Source: a virus
Virus record (IMG/VR): IMGVR_UViG_3300044981_000350
Location: 9,440-73,439 of that record
Length of the DNA stretch: 64,000 bases
Direction: 5' to 3' (one strand)
Position numbers and translations under genes: made by a program. The notes below the pieces were generated by a model, which was not told where the DNA came from, searched no databases, and saw only the letters and a list, made by a program, of their open reading frames with translations. Below, in pieces: positions 58,473 through 64,000 of the stretch (positions are counted from its first letter, which is position 1; every line of letters starts with the position of its first letter).

Positions 58473-58916
58473 ATGCCGCAGCGTCTGAAGAACACCAACG
58501 CCCAAAAAGACACCGTCATCGGCGCTAGCGCGAGTGACACCGCCCTCGCCGACCAGCCCCTCACCGCCCAGGGCGGTCCGATGAGCATCACCGCGACGCC
58601 GACCGCGGTGCCGGGAGCCTCAATCAGCGCCCCGGCCCTTCCGGCCACCCGAAGCTACGTCATCACGTACTCGTGCGTGCTCGAAAACAGCGAGAGCGCA
58701 ACGACCGTGACGGCGCGGATCTTCGATGGCGTCGCGAGCGCCGGGATCGTGACGGAGCCCCAGGCGCTTGCCGGGACCGACACGCAGATCATCAGCTGGA
58801 CGGTCAAGGTGGCGGGCAACGGCTCCGCGCGCACCTTCGGTCTCTCGTTGGCGGACCCCGCGAGCACCGCGACGGTTCCGGCGGCGGGCTGCACCGGCGT
58901 CATCACACTCTGGTAA
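58473..58916 (+). CDS. beta-sandwich protein resembling the fibre tip domains
   Basis: Ala/Thr-rich strands like the C-termini of 35391 and 36093, without collagen. Confidence 0.55.
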   Translation: MPQRLKNTNAQKDTVIGASASDTALADQPLTAQGGPMSITATPTAVPGASISAPALPATRSYVITYSCVLENSESATTVTARIFDGVASAGIVTEPQALAGTDTQIISWTVKVAGNGSARTFGLSLADPASTATVPAAGCTGVITLW

Positions 58917-59155
58917 GCCGTCACTCGCGAAAGATACCGCCCGGCGTTGCTTCCAGGGAGTAACCGATTGAAGCCCACCGCGCGTCAGCTCGTCGCCGAA
59001 GCGAATCGGCTCAAGGCCGTCGTCGTAGCGGTTCGGAGTGACATGCCCGAAGTCATCGACAATGCGCAGTACGCGAAGATCCACCGGGCCGAGATGGCCC
59101 ATGAGGGGGCCCGGTGGCGCGCGATGGTGGCTCTTGCTGAAGAGGCGGGCCTTCT

Positions 59156-59617
59156 CTAACGCGTCGACGTAGGCGCCGCGGGTGCCGGCGAGGCCTCGTG
59201 GTGGTCCATCCCGGCGCAACGGCTCGCCAGCGCCACCACCACCGCGATCAGCACCATCCCCACCCAATGGGCGACGGGGCGCACGGCGGCCTTGGCCCAC
59301 GGCGGGAGGGAGGGCCGCTTGCTCTTGACGGCAGGCGGGATGCCCATGTGTACGGGAATCCCCGAGAAGGGAGAAAAGGCGGTGGCCGGAGTGAGGGTCC
59401 GATCTTCGTGGCCTTGGATCCGCGACTGGCCTTGCTCGAGGGCCCGGAGGCGCTCCTCGAAGCGGTCGAACCGCCGATCGTCTTGCGCGTTGCGTTCAGC
59501 GAGGCGTCGCTCAAGGCTCCGTAGGGTGAGGCCCTCGCTCAAATCCCGCCCGCGCTCCGCGAGCATCTCCCGCATCAGCTCCCAAACGAGCTCGTTGGAC
59601 GAATTTCGGTCGGGCAT
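59156..59617 (-). CDS. coiled-coil/TM protein, possible lysis accessory
   Basis: RFDRFEERLRALE coiled coil, C-terminal TM, near the endolysin. Confidence 0.55.
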   Translation of the reverse strand: MPDRNSSNELVWELMREMLAERGRDLSEGLTLRSLERRLAERNAQDDRRFDRFEERLRALEQGQSRIQGHEDRTLTPATAFSPFSGIPVHMGIPPAVKSKRPSLPPWAKAAVRPVAHWVGMVLIAVVVALASRCAGMDHHEASPAPAAPTSTR

Positions 59618-59881
59618 CCCAGTGCGTATGGTACAGCATCCTCATGTGTCCGCCCACCGGTAGTAGCAAAATCCCCCCGCCGCCTCCGCGCGAGTCGATC
59701 CCCGACGAGGAACCGACGAAACCCGACGGGTATAGAGCGCGGTGCCCGGCCTGCCCCGATTCGACCGGCCAGCCCACCGGGAAGGTAACTGTCGCGGAAT
59801 GGGGGGCCTCGAGTGTCTACCGCTACGTCGAGCGGACCTGCGATATTTGCCAGGGCCTCAAGTGGATCGACCGTACACAGC

Positions 59882-60538
59882 TTAGGCGTTGGGCGGAGCG
59901 CCAGAAGTAACCGCGTCGAAGATGGAAAGATCCTTAGCGTAGTTGGTGTCGACCGGGGCGCCATTCGGGAGCTTGCCGCCGCCACCGCTGTTTTGCCAAA
60001 GCACCCAATCAGTCCACGGGTGGGGGATCAACGGGGCGTTCAACTGGTAGCTCGCGGCCCAGAGGGGGTAAGCCGCAAACTCTGGGGTGAAACCCACGTG
60101 CGCGGCCCAGTCGGGGTACGTATAGACGATGGGGGTGGCGTTGCTGAGGGCTTGGTACGCTGACAGATAAGCGAGGATCCACGCATTGATCTGACTCGCG
60201 GTGCAGCCCCACTTGGCCCAATCTTGGGGCGCCGGCCATTCGCAGTCGATACACGCGACGATGCCGGGGCCGGCGTGGTCGAAGTGAAGTTTCGCCTGGG
60301 CCTCGGGGGCACGCGACGGGTTGCCAACCTGGGGAGGGAGTGGGTAGACGAAGTGGTAGGCCGCCACCTTCAGGCCTGCGGCTCGCGCTCCCGCGACGTT
60401 CTTTGCGTAGTCGGGGTCGAACCCGGAGTTACCTTGGCCGCACTTGACGATCGCGAAGGTGTAGCCCGCGGCGGCGACGGCCGGCCAGTCGACGGCCCCT
60501 TGAACCGTCGAGACGTCGATACCCTTGGAGTAGTTCAT
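59882..60538 (-). CDS. GH25 lysozyme (endolysin)
   Basis: GIDVSTVQGAVDW, FAIVK, AAYHF, CIDCE, PIVYT, LWAASY, LWQ, VDTN. Confidence 0.9.
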   Translation of the reverse strand: MNYSKGIDVSTVQGAVDWPAVAAAGYTFAIVKCGQGNSGFDPDYAKNVAGARAAGLKVAAYHFVYPLPPQVGNPSRAPEAQAKLHFDHAGPGIVACIDCEWPAPQDWAKWGCTASQINAWILAYLSAYQALSNATPIVYTYPDWAAHVGFTPEFAAYPLWAASYQLNAPLIPHPWTDWVLWQNSGGGGKLPNGAPVDTNYAKDLSIFDAVTSGAPPNA

Positions 60539-60834
60539 GAGGCCATGCCGCCGCGCGCACTCTGGAAGGTCGCGTCGACGATGGCTTGGCAGGTCGGGCA
60601 ACAACCCAAGAAAATCTCGCCGTGCATCGCGTCGAGGAGCCGCACAACTTGCTGCGACATCATCTGCTGCCACTCGGCGTTGTCGACGCTTGCGATGAGG
60701 AGGCCCATCGCGTGGAGCGAATCGAAGAACTCCGGGGCGCGCGCGCAAACCTCGGCCTTGTCAGCATCGCTCGGCACGTGGGCTTCGCCATCCAACAGAA
60801 CCCCACCCGAATCGTCGAGCTCGAGGCGCGCCAT
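60535..60834 (-). CDS. hypothetical protein
   Basis: Coupled between neighbouring leftward genes. Confidence 0.55.
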   Translation of the reverse strand: MARLELDDSGGVLLDGEAHVPSDADKAEVCARAPEFFDSLHAMGLLIASVDNAEWQQMMSQQVVRLLDAMHGEIFLGCCPTCQAIVDATFQSARGGMAS

Positions 60835-61280
60835 CAGGTGCCCGAAACCTTGCCCAAGGCAAGAATGTTGCTCGCGACGGCGAAGAGCGCAAGGCCTCCG
60901 AGGCCGATGCCGGCGGTGGCGAGGCCGCTCAACCGGTTCTTCTCCGAAAAGATGCTCACCACCAGGCCCCCGACGGCGGTGACGGCCACCCCCGATTCCG
61001 CTCCGGTGAGGGCCCCGGACGCAGCAGGGGTCTGGGTGAGGGCCCCGGTGCCGGCCCCCACGAGCGCCCCCAGGATCAACGCGCCGAGGGCTGACGAAAC
61101 GGCGGTCTCGGTCGAGCCGTAGGAGGGGTTATGGCGTACGCGGCGGCGGTTTCGTTTTTTAGCAGCGCGTTGTTCGCGGTATGCAATTGCGACAGCTTGT
61201 CTCGCGGGATAGCCCTCGTGCCGCAGTTTCGCGATGTTACGGCTCCGGGCAGCGTCCGTCGACGAGTGCTCGAGGGGCAT
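60834..61280 (-). CDS. NP-motif membrane protein with 'NI...G.P..QAVAIAY' N-terminal module
   Basis: MPL...RNIAKLRHEGYPARQAVAIAY, RRRVRHNP, three Gly-rich hydrophobic segments. Confidence 0.7.
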   Translation of the reverse strand: MPLEHSSTDAARSRNIAKLRHEGYPARQAVAIAYREQRAAKKRNRRRVRHNPSYGSTETAVSSALGALILGALVGAGTGALTQTPAASGALTGAESGVAVTAVGGLVVSIFSEKNRLSGLATAGIGLGGLALFAVASNILALGKVSGT

Positions 61281-61381
61281 GGGTCAAGGATAGCCCAGCC
61301 GAGCCCCCCGGGGTAGTATGAGGAGACGCCGCAGAGACGCAGGTCTGCCCCGAAAAAGGCCCCCTGCGGCGTCACCACCCC

Positions 61382-61960
61382 ATGCCTCAGGTTGCAGCCG
61401 TCAAAACTAGCTACACCCCGTCCGTTGTCGCCGGGGCGATGATCTGGGCCTACCAGCAGGTCACCGGGAAGGCCCCTCCGGCGACCACGAGCTGGCTCTA
61501 TCCCCTTGCGCAGAGCGCGATCGAAACCGCCGCGTGGGCCGGTTGCTACAACAACAACGCCGGCAACGTCACGACGGCGAACCCCAACACCGACCCGTGG
61601 ATGTACGAGCCGGGGAACGCCCTCCAGTTCCGTAGCTACAACACGATCGGCGACGGCTGCGTGAGCATGATCAAGTGGCTGTCGTCGCACGGCACGTTGG
61701 CGTACGCCGACTCGGGGGATGTTTCCGGTTACCTCTCCAGTTTGCAGGCCGGCTGCTACGCGGGGTGCGGCGTCGCTTACCCCGACATCAGCGGGTACGT
61801 CTCGAAGTACCAAAACATAAGCCCGACCCCTTACCTGAATCTTCAAACGTGGCAAGTGGTGGCGATCGCCAGTGGGATTTTGCTCGGTTGCGGCTGCATC
61901 GCTTACTACATCGCCGAGGGTGAACTTCCAACACCGAAACGACTTGCGCAAGCGCTCTGA
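61382..61960 (+). CDS. GH73/FlgJ-like peptidoglycan hydrolase with C-terminal TM (virion-associated?)
   Basis: AQSAIET, NNAGNV, FRSY.T..DG, LQAGCYA; TM tail. Confidence 0.7.
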   Translation: MPQVAAVKTSYTPSVVAGAMIWAYQQVTGKAPPATTSWLYPLAQSAIETAAWAGCYNNNAGNVTTANPNTDPWMYEPGNALQFRSYNTIGDGCVSMIKWLSSHGTLAYADSGDVSGYLSSLQAGCYAGCGVAYPDISGYVSKYQNISPTPYLNLQTWQVVAIASGILLGCGCIAYYIAEGELPTPKRLAQAL

Positions 61961-61971
61961 AAGAAAAAACG

Positions 61972-63504
61972 ATGCCCCACATCCCCGGAAATAACCAGGT
62001 CGACGCTCTACGTGGGCAGGCCGCCATCAAAGGTGGCGGGGGCGGTGGTGGGGCCACGGGTGCCACTGGGCCCACCGGGAGTGAGGGCGCCACCGGGGCC
62101 ACCGGAAGTGGAACCGCTGGAGCAACCGGGACGCAAGGGGCCTCGGGAGCCACGGGGCCTTCGGGGACCCCCGGAGGCACCGGCGCAACCGGCGCGACGG
62201 GCGTAGGAACCGTCGGGGCGTCTGGGGCTACCGGAGCTACGGGGCCCACGGGAGTTGGGGCGACGGGCGCCACCGGCACCGCCGGATCACCGGGGGGCGC
62301 CACGGGCGCCACCGGAGCTACCGGCGTAAACGGAGCAACCGGCGCCACCGGTACGGTAGGGGCTACGGGCGTGGGCGCGACGGGGGCCACCGGAAGTGCA
62401 GGCGCGACCGGGCCGGGCGGAGGTGCATCGGGGCCGACTGGGGCTACCGGAGCGACTGGTTCGAACGGAGCTACGGGTGCTACCGGAGCCGGTGCAACAG
62501 GGGCTACCGGCGCAAACGGAACCACGGGTGGGGCCGGATCGACGGGAGCCACCGGGGCGACCGGGGTTGGAGCGACTGGCGCAACAGGGCCGAGCATCGC
62601 TACGCCCGTAAGCGTCGCGAATGGCGGCACGGGAGACAGCACCCTAGCGGCGCATTCTGTCCTGATTGGGGCCGGCACTTCGCCGGTGACCCAATTGGCG
62701 CCCGGCACCAACGGATATGCGCTCATCAGCCTTGGCGCATCGAGCGACCCTATTTACGGCCAACTGGAGCTAAGCCCCGGGGGCTCCCAGGGTGTAGCGG
62801 GTACTCTCCCGGTAGCCAACGGGGGCACCGGCCAAACCTCCCTTACAGCCCATAGCGTATTGGTCGGCGATGGGACTAGCGCCGTAACGCTCGTCACGCC
62901 GGCTACGACCGGCTATCCACTCGTTAGCGACGGACCCACGAACGATCCAATCTTCGCGCAAGTGCTGCTCGGCGGGGGCGCGGCCGGTGTCGCAGGGACC
63001 CTCCCGGTAGGTAATGGGGGTACGGGTCTCACCAGCCCCGGGGCCGCCGGCAACGTGGTTCAGAGCAACGGATCGGCCTTGCAATCAGCGCCGGTGCCGA
63101 GCGCCAGCGCATTCAACTTCCACGGCGCGACCGTCGATATCGGTAGCGGCAATATCACGCAGATAGCGGTGTGCTCGGCAGTCGCCCCGGCGGCGGGGTT
63201 TTGGATCATCCAAGCTGACTTCTCTTTTCAAAACATTTCAGGGATATTCGGTACCAATCAAGTGACCGTGAGTTACGGGATCGGCTACGACACCAACAGT
63301 GCCTTCAGCTCGGGTAGTGGCGGGTCTCAAATCCAAGGCGCCCTCGCAGGCGCGCAGCAATTCAGCACGGGGTCTTCGGCCTACCGCGTAGCAACCACCG
63401 CGGGGTCTCATAATTTTTACGCCCTCGCACAAACGAGCGCCGCCTATAGCGCGGGCCTAGTGACAGCCGTTGCGGATATCGCTGTCGTGTGGAGCGCCAC
63501 CTAA
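61972..63504 (+). CDS. long collagen-like fibre with PV.NGGTG repeats and tip domain
   Basis: About 60 Gly-X-Y (GAT) triplets, three V(A/G)NGGTG repeats. Confidence 0.85.
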   Translation: MPHIPGNNQVDALRGQAAIKGGGGGGGATGATGPTGSEGATGATGSGTAGATGTQGASGATGPSGTPGGTGATGATGVGTVGASGATGATGPTGVGATGATGTAGSPGGATGATGATGVNGATGATGTVGATGVGATGATGSAGATGPGGGASGPTGATGATGSNGATGATGAGATGATGANGTTGGAGSTGATGATGVGATGATGPSIATPVSVANGGTGDSTLAAHSVLIGAGTSPVTQLAPGTNGYALISLGASSDPIYGQLELSPGGSQGVAGTLPVANGGTGQTSLTAHSVLVGDGTSAVTLVTPATTGYPLVSDGPTNDPIFAQVLLGGGAAGVAGTLPVGNGGTGLTSPGAAGNVVQSNGSALQSAPVPSASAFNFHGATVDIGSGNITQIAVCSAVAPAAGFWIIQADFSFQNISGIFGTNQVTVSYGIGYDTNSAFSSGSGGSQIQGALAGAQQFSTGSSAYRVATTAGSHNFYALAQTSAAYSAGLVTAVADIAVVWSAT

Positions 63505-63520
63505 AAAAGGCATCCCCCCA

Positions 63521-64000
63521 ATGAGCAGCCAAAATATTCCGGGGTCGAGTCAGGTTGACGCCCTCCGCAACGCCTCGTACTTGAAGAGCGGCGCGAGCGG
63601 CCCGACGGGGCCCGGCGGCGTCACGGGGGCTACGGGCGCGACAGGCCCCGCGGGTAGCCCGGGGGGCGCCACGGGAGCTACGGGTCCGATCGGTCCGGGT
63701 GGGGGTGCTAGCGGACCGACTGGCCCTACCGGTTCGAACGGAGCTACCGGCGCCACGGGGGCGGGCGTCACCGGCGCGACAGGTCCCGACGGGGCTACCG
63801 GAAGCACTGGACCCGAAGGCGCTACCGGTCCCGTGGGGGCCCAAGGGGCTACGGGCGCGAGCGGCACGCCGGGGACCAACGGGGCAACCGGAGCCACCGG
63901 AGCTGCGGGCAATACCGGCCCTACCGGAGCCAAGGGCGCGACCGGCACTGCGGGGCAAAACGCGTTCGGCGTCACGACGGCCGATTTCGTTCAACCGGCG
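63521..64000 (+). CDS. collagen-like fibre (partial, runs off the window)
   Basis: [16 protein letters not shown], shared with the 61972 N-terminus, then GAT/GPT triplets. Confidence 0.8.
   Translation, partial: MSSQNIPGSSQVDALRNASYLKSGASGPTGPGGVTGATGATGPAGSPGGATGATGPIGPGGGASGPTGPTGSNGATGATGAGVTGATGPDGATGSTGPEGATGPVGAQGATGASGTPGTNGATGATGAAGNTGPTGAKGATGTAGQNAFGVTTADFVQPA

Noticed and set aside
35391-64000. Diversity-generating retroelement or invertible fibre cassette
   Set aside because: No reverse transcriptase, template/variable repeat pair or inversion sites seen

Overview
This window looks like most of a high-GC bacterial dsDNA virus or provirus genome. The host is probably a myxobacterium (Polyangiales-like), inferred from DAG-repeat lipoproteins and KGG proteins. 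1.3-19.6 kb is a replication and nucleotide-metabolism block: VapE-like helicase followed by an iteron-like TAGAC repeat cluster, AAA_24 ATPase, SSB-like protein, HD hydrolase, a UDG-domain/PolA fusion, NDT-like protein, RecD/Dda helicase, HNH, Dam-type MTase, MazG, dNMP kinase and a RadC/JAB multidomain protein. 20-37 kb and 58-64 kb hold an unusual structural module in which I could recognise no terminase, portal, HK97 capsid or tail genes. It instead has a protamine-like membrane-anchored protein, three putative jelly-roll capsid genes, a transglutaminase-like protease, about 15 small membrane proteins and five GAT-collagen fibre genes; a glycosyltransferase/methyltransferase cluster lies next to three of the fibre genes. 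Many of these proteins share either a basic 'R..xNP' leader or a 'GLG' motif, suggesting a protease-maturation or addressing code in a tailless membrane-containing virion. The same NP leader precedes a SAM-lyase-like protein at 51 kb. 40-58 kb holds accessory genes: GroES, papain-like peptidase, tyrosine recombinase, SNF2 helicase, metallophosphoesterase and many small ORFs. All family calls come from reading motifs by eye, not from database searches.
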